A DNA stretch of 64,000 nucleotides from a virus. The notes beneath the pieces were generated by a model. It saw only the letters and a list, made by a program, of their open reading frames with translations, did no database searches and had not been told where the DNA came from. Numbering within the stretch: position 1 is the first letter of the stretch; every line of letters begins with the position of its first letter. A program made the translations under genes and the position numbers. Shown one piece after another: positions 10,376 to 20,013 of this stretch. The stretch lies in the IMG/VR virus record IMGVR_UViG_3300042691_046823; one strand, written 5' to 3'.

Positions 10376-10879
10376 GTGGATCAAACACCAAAGACTTATC
10401 GCTGGACCAGTACCAAAGAATATCATGACGCTTTCCCCTGCGCTTATCGCCAATGGCGAGCCGACAGCCATTGCAATCTCATACATGGATACAGTTTCTC
10501 CATGAAGTTTTATTTTGGCACCGACGATCTGGACGTGCGCAACTGGGCTGCCGATTACGGTGGTCTCAAAGAACTCAAAAGCACGTTAGAAGATCAATTT
10601 GATCATACTTTATTGGTAGCTCAAGATGATCCCGAATTGGATACATTCAAACTTTTACAAGAAAAGAAAATGGCCAAACTGACCATCCTGCCACGATTAG
10701 GTTGCGAAGGCCTGGCGGACATGCTTTACAAATATGTCAATGGAGTTTACATTCCTGACATGTGGGGACCCAGCGAAGCCGATCGGCTGTGGTGCTATCG
10801 CGTGGAAGTAAGAGAAACACAATCAAACATGGCCTATCGCGAAGGTCACAGACATTGGAACGAGGATCTCTTTGCTTAA
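10376..10879 (+). CDS. queD: 6-carboxytetrahydropterin synthase
   Basis: HCNLIHGY, FDHTLL, GCEGLA, VEVRET. Confidence 0.88.
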   Translation: MDQTPKTYRWTSTKEYHDAFPCAYRQWRADSHCNLIHGYSFSMKFYFGTDDLDVRNWAADYGGLKELKSTLEDQFDHTLLVAQDDPELDTFKLLQEKKMAKLTILPRLGCEGLADMLYKYVNGVYIPDMWGPSEADRLWCYRVEVRETQSNMAYREGHRHWNEDLFA

Positions 10880-11699
10880 AACTGATATTTCTGTATTACT
10901 TCCCACTCGGGGACGTACCGACATCTTAGGCCGTAGCCTATTAAGCCTTGCAGATCGTGCCCATGATATCAGTAGGGTAGAAATGTTACTGGCTTTTGAT
11001 CATGATGATACGGAAAGCATAGATTATTTCAACAACAACATTGCGCCAAATCTCACTGATCGAGGTGCGAGATTTACCTGCCTGGGATTCGAACGCCTGG
11101 GTTACATAAGACTCAACGAATATCTCAATTCTTTGGCTTCTTATGCTCAGGGACACTGGTTATTTTTCTGGGGCGACGATGCTGTCATGGAGAGCGACGA
11201 TTGGGACCTACGCATCACGGAAGTAGATGGATTTCGGGTGCTACGCATGCCCACACACAATTGCCATCCCTACGCTATATTTCCTATAGTGCCTCGCAAA
11301 TGGTACGAAATGTTTGGATATCTAAGTCCTCACCAACTCACGGATTCTTGGATAAGCCAAGTGGGATATCTCATAGATCGCATACACAACATTGACGTAC
11401 AAGTCACCCATGATAGGTTTGACATCACTGGCAACAACAATGATGAGACATTCCAAAATCGGCCCATGCTGGAGGGCCGCCCAGATCATCCCAAGGATTT
11501 TAACTATGTCACTTTCCGTAAGCAAAGATTTGATGATGCTGGACGTATCGTGGATTACCTGCGCACACAGGGTGAAGATGTGAGTTGGTTTGAAAATGTT
11601 TTAGCAAGCAAACAGGATCCATGGGCAAAGATGTGCAGTCGAGAATACGATCCTAACCGACAGATAGCAAGGCAGGAGCCAAGATGGCACCAACCGTGA
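10872..11699 (+). CDS. glycosyltransferase family 2-like
   Basis: ISVLLPTRGR, GDD motif. Confidence 0.75.
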   Translation: MLKTDISVLLPTRGRTDILGRSLLSLADRAHDISRVEMLLAFDHDDTESIDYFNNNIAPNLTDRGARFTCLGFERLGYIRLNEYLNSLASYAQGHWLFFWGDDAVMESDDWDLRITEVDGFRVLRMPTHNCHPYAIFPIVPRKWYEMFGYLSPHQLTDSWISQVGYLIDRIHNIDVQVTHDRFDITGNNNDETFQNRPMLEGRPDHPKDFNYVTFRKQRFDDAGRIVDYLRTQGEDVSWFENVLASKQDPWAKMCSREYDPNRQIARQEPRWHQP

Positions 11700-12466
11700 C
11701 CATAGATGATGTCCAGAGGTATTGGGATGCCAGACCATGCAACGTAAGACACAGTGACAAACCCATTGGCACAAAAGAATATTTTGATGAGGTGGAGAAG
11801 AAAAAGTTCTTAGCCGAACCACACATTCCTGCCTTTTGTGAATTCGATCGCTGGCATAACAAGCGAGTGTTGGAGATTGGATCGGGCATCGGCACCATGG
11901 CCATCAACTTTGCCCGTGCTGGAGCTGACTATACAGGAATAGAACTCAGCCAAGAAAGCCTGGACCTTACACGGCAGAGATTCCAAGTCTATAATTATAC
12001 GGGTAGGTTCTTTCAAGGCAATGCCGAACAACTTACTGACTTCGTACCTATACAACCTTATGACCTGGTTTTTACCTGGGGCGTGATACATCACAGCCCT
12101 AACCCCATGGCTATTTTGCGTGAAGCCAAAAATTATATGAATCCTGGTACTACACTCAAGGTCATGGTCTATGCCGCAAACTCATGGAAAAACTTTATGA
12201 TCGACGCCGGACTGGATCAGCCAGAAGCGCAACATGGGTGCCCTATCGCTCATACCTATACGCAACAGCAACTGATCAACATGATTGGTCCTGAGTTTAA
12301 AATCATGTCGGTAGAACAGGATCACATATTTCCTTATCAGATAGAACCTTACAAACAAGGAAAATATGTACGCCAACCTTGGTTTGAAACTATGTCCGAT
12401 GACATGTTTCATGCTTTGGAACGCCGCTTGGGGTGGCATCTCATGATCACAGCGGAGAAAACATGA
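11684..12466 (+). CDS. class I SAM-dependent methyltransferase
   Basis: VLEIGSGIG, YDLVFTWGVIHH. Confidence 0.85.
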   Translation: MAPTVTIDDVQRYWDARPCNVRHSDKPIGTKEYFDEVEKKKFLAEPHIPAFCEFDRWHNKRVLEIGSGIGTMAINFARAGADYTGIELSQESLDLTRQRFQVYNYTGRFFQGNAEQLTDFVPIQPYDLVFTWGVIHHSPNPMAILREAKNYMNPGTTLKVMVYAANSWKNFMIDAGLDQPEAQHGCPIAHTYTQQQLINMIGPEFKIMSVEQDHIFPYQIEPYKQGKYVRQPWFETMSDDMFHALERRLGWHLMITAEKT

Positions 12467-13626
12467 AGATTGGTGTGATTGGCGTCGGACGCCTGGGTAT
12501 CTGTTTCGCCCTGTTGCTGGATCGTGCCGGGCATGATGTCATGGCATCAGACATCCGTACTAACTATGTGGCAGCATTGAATCGCGGTGAGATCCAGACC
12601 ACGGAACCTGGCGTGGCTGAATTACTGGCCCACAAGAAGTCAATACAATTTACCACGGATACGCGAGCCGTGATCCAACACAGCGAAGTGATCTATGTCA
12701 TGGTAGCCACACCGTCGGCCGCGGATGGCAGTTATGACATATCTGCAGTGGATCGCGTGGTACAAGACATCGCCGAGTGTGAATTTGATATCTCTGGCAA
12801 GATCCTTGTGATAGGTTGCACGACCAATCCTGGTGATTGCCAGCGTGTGCAGGATCGTCTTAGATTTCAAGGTATCAGTGTGCTGTATAATCCTGAATTT
12901 ATCGCCCAGGGATCCATTATCCGAGATCTACAAAATGCCGACATGGTTCTGATCGGTGGTGAGAATCCTTCAGTGATCTCTGCTTATCAGTTGCTGTACG
13001 ATGATATACAGACCGTCCGGCCCAACGTGCATGCCATGAGCATCACAGCCGCGGAACTGGTCAAGATTGCCACCAACTGTTTCCTCACCACCAAGATCTC
13101 CTATGCCAACATGCTGGGAGAAGTGCTAATCCGCTCCGGTCTCGATGAAGATGTGGACCTTGCTCTCGCAGCCGTAGGTAGCGATTCTCGCATTGGGTCT
13201 AAATATATGAGATTCGGATTTGGCTACGGAGGGCCGTGCCTGCCCAGAGACAATCGTGCCTTTGCTCACTATTCTCAACGTGTGGGATTAGACTTTCCAT
13301 TGGGTCACATCGTGGATGAATTTAATCTATTTCATTCCAATTTCCTTGTAGATTGGTTAGAAAAACAAAACACAAAGTCTCTACCATTCTACATGCCTTC
13401 TATCATGTACAAGCCTGAGACAGACATATTGGAAGAGAGCCAGCAGTTCCAGGTCTGTGTCAAACTTCTACAAAAGGGTCACACGGTGTTTGTACAACAA
13501 AACAATCTCATACCTACAGAATTAGTCGAAGATCTTGATCAAAAATTTGGTCAACGCATACAGTTTGAACGCAAATCAGATCTAATAGCCCAAGGCGTAG
13601 AATTTTTTGAGATAACGTTAAATTGA
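12463..13626 (+). CDS. ugd: UDP-glucose/GDP-mannose dehydrogenase family
   Basis: GVGRLG, YNPEFIAQG, GFGYGGPCLPRD, YKPETD. Confidence 0.88.
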   Translation: MKIGVIGVGRLGICFALLLDRAGHDVMASDIRTNYVAALNRGEIQTTEPGVAELLAHKKSIQFTTDTRAVIQHSEVIYVMVATPSAADGSYDISAVDRVVQDIAECEFDISGKILVIGCTTNPGDCQRVQDRLRFQGISVLYNPEFIAQGSIIRDLQNADMVLIGGENPSVISAYQLLYDDIQTVRPNVHAMSITAAELVKIATNCFLTTKISYANMLGEVLIRSGLDEDVDLALAAVGSDSRIGSKYMRFGFGYGGPCLPRDNRAFAHYSQRVGLDFPLGHIVDEFNLFHSNFLVDWLEKQNTKSLPFYMPSIMYKPETDILEESQQFQVCVKLLQKGHTVFVQQNNLIPTELVEDLDQKFGQRIQFERKSDLIAQGVEFFEITLN

Positions 13627-14534
13627 CATCTAATACTCCCTACATCTCCGTAGTCATCACAGGACGCAACGATGATTATGGACAAGACTTTTTAGGCAGA
13701 CTCAGGGTATTCCTGCGTCACTTGGATTGGCAAGTACGGGCATGTCCTGATCTTATGGAACTTGTCATAGTAGAATGGAATCCCTTGCCTGATCGTGAGC
13801 CACTGAGTCAAGCATTACCGGCCACACGCAACATATCAGTGCGATACATCACTGTAGACAGTGACACACACGAGACCATAGGCGCCACCATGCCTGTGCT
13901 AGAGTTTGCCGGCAAGAATGTGGGTATTAGACGAGCCCGTGGTGATTTTGTGTTGGCTACCAATCCCGACATCGTGTTCAGCCAGGCCATGATCGATTGG
14001 TTGTCTACCAGACCTTTGCGTACCGACACAGTGTATCGTACCGATAGATATGACTTCGTACCTGATGGTATCAGTGCAATCAACGATGCAGAGATAGAAA
14101 ATTACGCAGTAAAACATAGTTTCGTGGTACACAGCATGGAGCAAAACGCCAGCGTAAGCCTCCCTGTAAATCATGCAGGTGATGTATCGTCGTTGCCACG
14201 TGGACAGGTTGATCTCAACATCATGCACACCAACGGTGCTGGCGACTTTATTTTGGCCAGCCGAGAAACATTTTGGACCGTGCGTGGGTTATACGAAAGC
14301 CTGGATCGACGCTGGCATGTAGACAGCATCAGCCTGTACCGATTCCATTGGGCTGGTGTCAAACAACATGTGGTACAGGCACCATGCTGTATTTTTCATC
14401 AACATCACCAACGTAGCGCACAAGACATGGCCTATGATCATAGAGAGATTCTTGAGCTAAGTCGCCGCAGTGGCACCACGGCCTGGGGATTGCAAGGCCA
14501 AGACCTTGAAGAAATCATTAAGGACCCCCAATGA
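13623..14534 (+). CDS. GT-A fold glycosyltransferase-like
   Basis: ISVVITGRND, KNVGIRRARGDFVLATNPD. Confidence 0.7.
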   Translation: MTSNTPYISVVITGRNDDYGQDFLGRLRVFLRHLDWQVRACPDLMELVIVEWNPLPDREPLSQALPATRNISVRYITVDSDTHETIGATMPVLEFAGKNVGIRRARGDFVLATNPDIVFSQAMIDWLSTRPLRTDTVYRTDRYDFVPDGISAINDAEIENYAVKHSFVVHSMEQNASVSLPVNHAGDVSSLPRGQVDLNIMHTNGAGDFILASRETFWTVRGLYESLDRRWHVDSISLYRFHWAGVKQHVVQAPCCIFHQHHQRSAQDMAYDHREILELSRRSGTTAWGLQGQDLEEIIKDPQ

Positions 14535-15136
14535 GATTAGAATATTATCAATTTCTTTTGAACCGAGTGAAATATGGAGGAGCCGACAGCGATCGGCATT
14601 TGCTCACTTGCTTCGCCATGGCCATGCAGATACATGCAAAACGTATCTTAGAATTGGGCGTAAGGACTGGCAATACCACATTGCCATTCTTGTGCGCGGC
14701 TAAAGAGACCGGGGGCGTTGTACACAGTGTGGATCTCGATCCTACTACCTTTGAGTGTCCAGAGGATCTACGTGTGTATTGGAAATTCTATCAAAGCGAT
14801 GCTATCGCCTGGTTAGAACAGCGTCGCAGTGATGGTGGCCAATATGACCTGGTGTATGTAGATGATTGGCACGCCTACGAACATGTGTCTCGAGAACTGT
14901 CAATCATCCAGGACATGATCACACCTTCTTCTATCATCTTGTTGCATGATCTAATGTACTCCAATGCCCAACCTGACTATCGATCCGATCCCACAACCAC
15001 GGATGCCCAATGGGCCGGTGGTGGCCCATATCGGGCTGTGGCTGAGTTAGATCCAGAACTATGGGAGTGGTCCACAGTGCCAGTGAATCATGGCCTAACA
15101 TTGTTGCGCCGTAAATCGAACAAGGTCATCAAATGA
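14531..15136 (+). CDS. SAM-dependent methyltransferase (Methyltransf_24-like)
   Basis: ILELGVRTG, YVDDWHAYE, LHD. Confidence 0.8.
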   Translation: MRLEYYQFLLNRVKYGGADSDRHLLTCFAMAMQIHAKRILELGVRTGNTTLPFLCAAKETGGVVHSVDLDPTTFECPEDLRVYWKFYQSDAIAWLEQRRSDGGQYDLVYVDDWHAYEHVSRELSIIQDMITPSSIILLHDLMYSNAQPDYRSDPTTTDAQWAGGGPYRAVAELDPELWEWSTVPVNHGLTLLRRKSNKVIK

Positions 15137-15966
15137 AATATCTTGTACTGGGATCAGCCGGACAGATCGGACTCAGTCTTTGTGCCTACCTTCGCGATCA
15201 AGGTCATAGCATACAAGAATTTGACATCGCCGACGGTTTAAAATATGACCTACGTAGACTGTATAACTCTTCGTTCCGCCAGGCCTTGTACCATGCCGAC
15301 TTTGTGTATTTCTTGGCCTGGGATGTTGGTGGCAGCGCATATCTAGCACGCTATCAAGATACCTATGAATTCATCATGAACAATGTGGCTATCATGCACA
15401 ACGTGTTTGATTGTCTTTATGAAGCCAAAAAGCCTTTTGTGTTTGCATCCAGCCAGATGGCTAATATGAGCTATAGCTCCTATGGTCTGACCAAAAGTCT
15501 GGCTGAAAAACTCACCCAAAGCCTGGGAGGAGTTACTGTGAAATTCTGGAATGTCTATGGTATAGAACACGATCCGGCCAAGACACATGTGGTCACAGAT
15601 TTCATCAACAAAGCACGCCATACCAGATTGATCGATATGCGCACTGATGGTACGGAACTTCGCCAGATGCTGTACGCCGATGACTGCAGTGAAGCCCTAT
15701 ATACCTTGTCGCAGATTTACTCTGATCTGCCTCGTGAAAAAGAATATCATATCACCAGTTTTGAATGGCACAGCATGCAACAAGTGGCCGAGATAATCGC
15801 CGGGCACTATCCAGGTACCAAGATCCAACCGGCCTTGGCCAAAGACACAGTACAGCAGGATCGCCGCAACGAACCAGATCTCTGGATCCGGCAATATTGG
15901 CAACCAAAAACGTCGCTGGATCAGGGCATAGAGCGTATAATACAAGCAATGGAGAAATCACAATGA
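15133..15966 (+). CDS. NAD-dependent epimerase/dehydratase
   Basis: GSAGQIG, YGLTK, NVYG. Confidence 0.85.
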   Translation: MKYLVLGSAGQIGLSLCAYLRDQGHSIQEFDIADGLKYDLRRLYNSSFRQALYHADFVYFLAWDVGGSAYLARYQDTYEFIMNNVAIMHNVFDCLYEAKKPFVFASSQMANMSYSSYGLTKSLAEKLTQSLGGVTVKFWNVYGIEHDPAKTHVVTDFINKARHTRLIDMRTDGTELRQMLYADDCSEALYTLSQIYSDLPREKEYHITSFEWHSMQQVAEIIAGHYPGTKIQPALAKDTVQQDRRNEPDLWIRQYWQPKTSLDQGIERIIQAMEKSQ

Positions 15967-16928
15967 AATCAATGTTGGTCTGCGGAGCCGGTGGATTCAT
16001 CGGCGGACATCTGGTCTCAAGTCTAAAGAAACAAGGACATCATGTCATTGGAGTAGACATCAAAATGCACGAATACGGCAAATCTGATGCTGATGTGTTT
16101 TTACAGTTGGATCTGCGAGAGCAAGCCAATGTTCGCAGAATTTTTGATGAGCATGACATTGGCACTGTGTATCAGTTGGCTGCAGACATGGGCGGTGCCG
16201 GTTATATCTTTACCGGTGAAAACGATGCCGACATCATGCACAACTCCAGCCTAATCAATCTCAACATCGCAGAAGCCATGGTCAAGCATGGAGTAAAAAA
16301 TGTGTTTTACACATCATCGGCCTGCATGTATCCCAGCCACAATCAAGAGGATCCTGACAATCCTTTGCTGAGTGAAGAGTCAGCCTATCCAGCCAACCCT
16401 GACAGCGAATATGGTTGGGAAAAACTGTTCTCAGAACGCATGTGGATGGCCTTTGGCCGCAACCATGGTCTGCGTGTGCGCATCGCTCGTCTGCACAATG
16501 TGTTTGGCCCCTTGGGCGCATGGAACAATGGCAAAGAAAAAGCTCCGGCCGCATTGTGCCGCAAGGTAGCAGAAAGTGATGGACACGTCGAAGTCTGGGG
16601 GCCGGGTACACAGACGAGATCATTCTTGTTCATCGACGAATGCATAGAAGGCATACACCGAATACAGGCATCGGACTGTGAATCAGCACTGAATCTTGGA
16701 TCTGAGCGCATGATATCTATCAATGATTTGGCCCTGTTGATTGCTGAACTGGCTGGTAAGACTGTACGCATAACCAATATACCCGGCCCTATGGGAGTCA
16801 TGGGTCGTAACAGCCACAACCAACTCATACGTGAAACCATAGGTTGGGCCCCCGCAGATAACCTTGAACACGGACTCACTGAAACCTATCGTTGGATCTC
16901 CAGCATGGTGGACGTGAGCAAGAGATGA
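15963..16928 (+). CDS. NAD-dependent epimerase, GDP-mannose 3,5-epimerase-like
   Basis: LAADMGGAGYI, SSACMYP, YGWEK, GKEKAPAALCRK, GVMGRNS. Confidence 0.85.
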   Translation: MKSMLVCGAGGFIGGHLVSSLKKQGHHVIGVDIKMHEYGKSDADVFLQLDLREQANVRRIFDEHDIGTVYQLAADMGGAGYIFTGENDADIMHNSSLINLNIAEAMVKHGVKNVFYTSSACMYPSHNQEDPDNPLLSEESAYPANPDSEYGWEKLFSERMWMAFGRNHGLRVRIARLHNVFGPLGAWNNGKEKAPAALCRKVAESDGHVEVWGPGTQTRSFLFIDECIEGIHRIQASDCESALNLGSERMISINDLALLIAELAGKTVRITNIPGPMGVMGRNSHNQLIRETIGWAPADNLEHGLTETYRWISSMVDVSKR

Positions 16929-17446
16929 AAAAAGTCTATGTAAACTGGTCGGATGTCGAACGACAGACCCAAGAAATCATACGCCAGATGTACCTGGACG
17001 AGTTCCATCCCGATTATGTGGTTGGCATCACCCGTGGCGGATTGATTCCGGCAAATCTCATCAGCCAGTATCTCGAAGTGCCTATGCATGCGCTGAAAGT
17101 CAGCCTGAGAGACGATGAGCAATGCGAAACCAATGCTTGGATGGCCGAAGATGCATTTGTTGGCAAAAAAATATTGATCGTGGATGACATCAACGATTCC
17201 GGAGCCACCCTTAACTGGATACGCCAGGATTGGCAGGAATCTAATCTGCCTAATGACACTGCCTGGGCCCAGATCTGGGGAGGCAATGTGCGTGTAGCAG
17301 TGCTGTACGACAATCAAAGCAGCCACAATGAAATAGAAGTCACGTATTCTGCAGAGCAGGTAAACAAATTTGAGACACCGCAGTGGATAGTTTTCCCTTG
17401 GGAAGAGTGGTGGCGCAAATGGAATCCCGACGAACAACATATCTAA
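16925..17446 (+). CDS. purine phosphoribosyltransferase (Gpt-like)
   Basis: GITRGG, LIVDDINDSGAT, WIVFPWE. Confidence 0.85.
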   Translation: MKKVYVNWSDVERQTQEIIRQMYLDEFHPDYVVGITRGGLIPANLISQYLEVPMHALKVSLRDDEQCETNAWMAEDAFVGKKILIVDDINDSGATLNWIRQDWQESNLPNDTAWAQIWGGNVRVAVLYDNQSSHNEIEVTYSAEQVNKFETPQWIVFPWEEWWRKWNPDEQHI

Positions 17447-17460
17447 AAAAGGAGATAACA

Positions 17461-18066
17461 ATGTTGGATAGGATCTTAAAAAACGTAGACTCGGCCCTGG
17501 CCGCGAAACTCATGGTCGCGCACGTGATCATTATAGCCATATCAAACTATATCGTACAGTTCAAATTTTCTGTGTTTGGTGCCCCTTTGGCAGCGGCAGC
17601 TTTTACTTTTCCCTTGGTAGTAGTGCTCACTGACCTAACCGTAAGATTGCTGGGCAAAGAAACTGGACGGGCGGTGATCTCGCTGGCCTTTGTTCCAGCC
17701 ATCGTCGCATCTGTCTTGGTAGTAGGGTTGACTGGTGCTCCTTGGTCTACTGCATTCCGCATTGGCCTTGGCTCGGGCTGTGCATATCTCATCAGCAATC
17801 TCCTGGATGTGTATGTGTTTCAGTATTTCCGTGAACGCTATCAGACCTGGTGGATCGCTCCTACGCTGAGTGCAGTAGTCAGTACCTTTATCGACACCTA
17901 TGTGTTCTTCTTCACTGCGTTTTACCGAGGAGCCAACGAGTTCATGGCTGCCAATTGGCACGTTGTGGCTACCAACAATTCTATCAGCAAGATCATCGTC
18001 AGCCTCCTGGTGATTTTACCAGCCTATGGTGTGCTACTAAATTACCTACAACGCAGGATCAAGTAG
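17461..18066 (+). CDS. yhhQ: queuosine precursor transporter (YhhQ/VUT)
   Basis: multi-TM; SNYIVQF, FTFP..TDLTVRLLG, LDVYVF, DTYVFFFTAF. Confidence 0.85.
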   Translation: MLDRILKNVDSALAAKLMVAHVIIIAISNYIVQFKFSVFGAPLAAAAFTFPLVVVLTDLTVRLLGKETGRAVISLAFVPAIVASVLVVGLTGAPWSTAFRIGLGSGCAYLISNLLDVYVFQYFRERYQTWWIAPTLSAVVSTFIDTYVFFFTAFYRGANEFMAANWHVVATNNSISKIIVSLLVILPAYGVLLNYLQRRIK

Positions 18067-18072
18067 GCTATT

Positions 18073-18435
18073 ATGAGCGACATCTTCAATGATCAGCGCA
18101 GATTCATGCAGGCCTGTGGGCAGACCACTGATGCTTTCAATCGAGATCAATATCAACTGTACTGCAATCTCATCAAGGAAGAGTTTGATGAACTCTGCGA
18201 CAGTGACAACGTGATAGATGATCTCGATGCTTTGATCGATATCATGGTTGTCACTGCTGGCGCACTCCACAGCCTGGGCGTGGATCCCGAAGGTGCATGG
18301 AAAGAAGTCATGCGCTCAAACTTTGACAAGATAGATCCGGACACGGGCCTGGTCAAAAAGAGAGAAGATGGCAAGGTTCTCAAACCCGAGGGATGGCAAC
18401 CACCGCGTTTGGCTCCTTTCGCGAGGCCGCAATGA
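18073..18435 (+). CDS. all-alpha NTP pyrophosphohydrolase (MazG/PRA-PH-like)
   Basis: EEFDEL..DALID..EVMRSN..REDGKVLKP. Confidence 0.85.
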   Translation: MSDIFNDQRRFMQACGQTTDAFNRDQYQLYCNLIKEEFDELCDSDNVIDDLDALIDIMVVTAGALHSLGVDPEGAWKEVMRSNFDKIDPDTGLVKKREDGKVLKPEGWQPPRLAPFARPQ

Positions 18436-18860
18436 CACAGCCCTTGCGCGATGACCTTATGGTCCAGCAACAGTTGCCAGCCAGGCAAGAGAGGATCCGT
18501 GCCTGGCAACACATGGTGGCCGTGATCATGCTAAACCAAACCGGGCGAAAGCCGGTGAAAACAGTGTTGCCCGAATTCTTATCACGCTGGTCTCGGCCTT
18601 CAAAATTCATGCAGGCCAATCCCGAAGAGGTGCAAACAGTGATCCGCTCTTTGGGCATGGTCAATGTGCGTACCAAACGCCTCCTAAAGATGACAGTGGA
18701 TTTCTTGACTTGGGATGGTGAAGATGCTACAATGTTGTACGGTATCGGCAAGTATGGATCAGACAGCTATGAAATCTTTTTCAAACAGAACTATTCAGTT
18801 GAACCAACAGACAAAGAATTGAAACGTTATTTACAAGAAGAAATATTCTCAACGACCTAA
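18432..18860 (+). CDS. HhH-GPD DNA glycosylase, MBD4-like
   Basis: IMLNQT, LYGIGKYGSDSYEIF, PTDKEL. Confidence 0.8.
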   Translation: MTQPLRDDLMVQQQLPARQERIRAWQHMVAVIMLNQTGRKPVKTVLPEFLSRWSRPSKFMQANPEEVQTVIRSLGMVNVRTKRLLKMTVDFLTWDGEDATMLYGIGKYGSDSYEIFFKQNYSVEPTDKELKRYLQEEIFSTT

Positions 18861-18868
18861 ATATCCAC

Positions 18869-19759
18869 ATGGAAAAAATCACATACACAGAAATATTCTA
18901 CAGTTTACAGGGTGAAGGACGCTGGGCCGGTGTACCATCGGTGTTCTTCCGCACTTACGGTTGCAACTTCCGTTGTAAAAAGTTTGGCAGGACCGATGAC
19001 TTCGAAGGACACAATCCCGAAGTAGTGGAGATAATACAACAGATCGATGCTGATCCTGGAAAATTTACCAAGTTCGAAGATCTGCCTCTGGTGACATCAG
19101 GTTGTGACACTTATGCGTCGATCTACCCAGAGTTCAAGAAGTTCAATCATCAGCATGATGTGCCTGATATCGTGGATCAGATGCATGCCATGATACCTCA
19201 TGGTCGCTGGGATCAAGACTGCGGTGCCGACACTGTGCATCTGGTTATCACTGGCGGCGAGCCACTGTTAGGTTATCAAAAGCGATATCCCGAACTGATA
19301 GAATCCTGCAGAGCCAAGGGCCTGCGCGATCTCACTTTTGAAACAAATGGCAGCCAGTGGTTATACGATGACGTCAGAGAGTATCTGTTTGAAGAATTTA
19401 CCCGACACGGTCGTGACTATGATCGATTGACCTTTAGTGTCAGTCCCAAACTGCCATGCTCAGGAGAGTCGTGGGAATCTGCTATCAATCCTACCATAGT
19501 CAAGAGTTATGAGATGATCGGACATACCTATCTCAAGTTTGTAGTGGCCACGCGAAAAGATGTGGAAGATGCCGAGCGTGCTGTTGAAGAATTCCGGCAT
19601 GCCGGCTTTGGTGGACCAGTGTATCTCATGCCCATGGGCGGAGTTCCTCAGGTGTACAATCTCAACACTCAGGAAGTGGCTCGCTTGGCCATGGAACGCG
19701 GCTGGCGTTACAGCCCCAGACTGCAGGTAGATATCTGGCGCAATGCCTGGGGCACCTGA
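18869..19759 (+). CDS. queE: 7-carboxy-7-deazaguanine synthase (radical SAM)
   Basis: EIFYSLQGEG, GCNFRC...CDT, ITGGEPL, ETNG, SPK, PRLQ. Confidence 0.9.
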   Translation: MEKITYTEIFYSLQGEGRWAGVPSVFFRTYGCNFRCKKFGRTDDFEGHNPEVVEIIQQIDADPGKFTKFEDLPLVTSGCDTYASIYPEFKKFNHQHDVPDIVDQMHAMIPHGRWDQDCGADTVHLVITGGEPLLGYQKRYPELIESCRAKGLRDLTFETNGSQWLYDDVREYLFEEFTRHGRDYDRLTFSVSPKLPCSGESWESAINPTIVKSYEMIGHTYLKFVVATRKDVEDAERAVEEFRHAGFGGPVYLMPMGGVPQVYNLNTQEVARLAMERGWRYSPRLQVDIWRNAWGT

Positions 19760-20013
19760 TGCTGGGCTCAAGTTATGGAGTCCAATCTGAAAATCAATCC
19801 TATGATCCGTTCATGGATCGAGCTGAATTCTCCTATGCCTTTTCAATCTGGCCGCGGCGTTGCTATAATACCCGGCGATGGGTTTGGGGTACAGGCTTGC
19901 GCGGGCGCAGAATCATAACTGGACCCGGTGAATCAGTGATCGAGGATCGTTGGTATCACATACACGAAGGACTGATTATGTTGATAAAAAGGAGTGCAGA
20001 TGGGACTGTTTGA
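19759..20013 (+). CDS. hypothetical protein
   Basis: ORF coupled to queE stop. Confidence 0.5.
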   Translation: MLGSSYGVQSENQSYDPFMDRAEFSYAFSIWPRRCYNTRRWVWGTGLRGRRIITGPGESVIEDRWYHIHEGLIMLIKRSADGTV

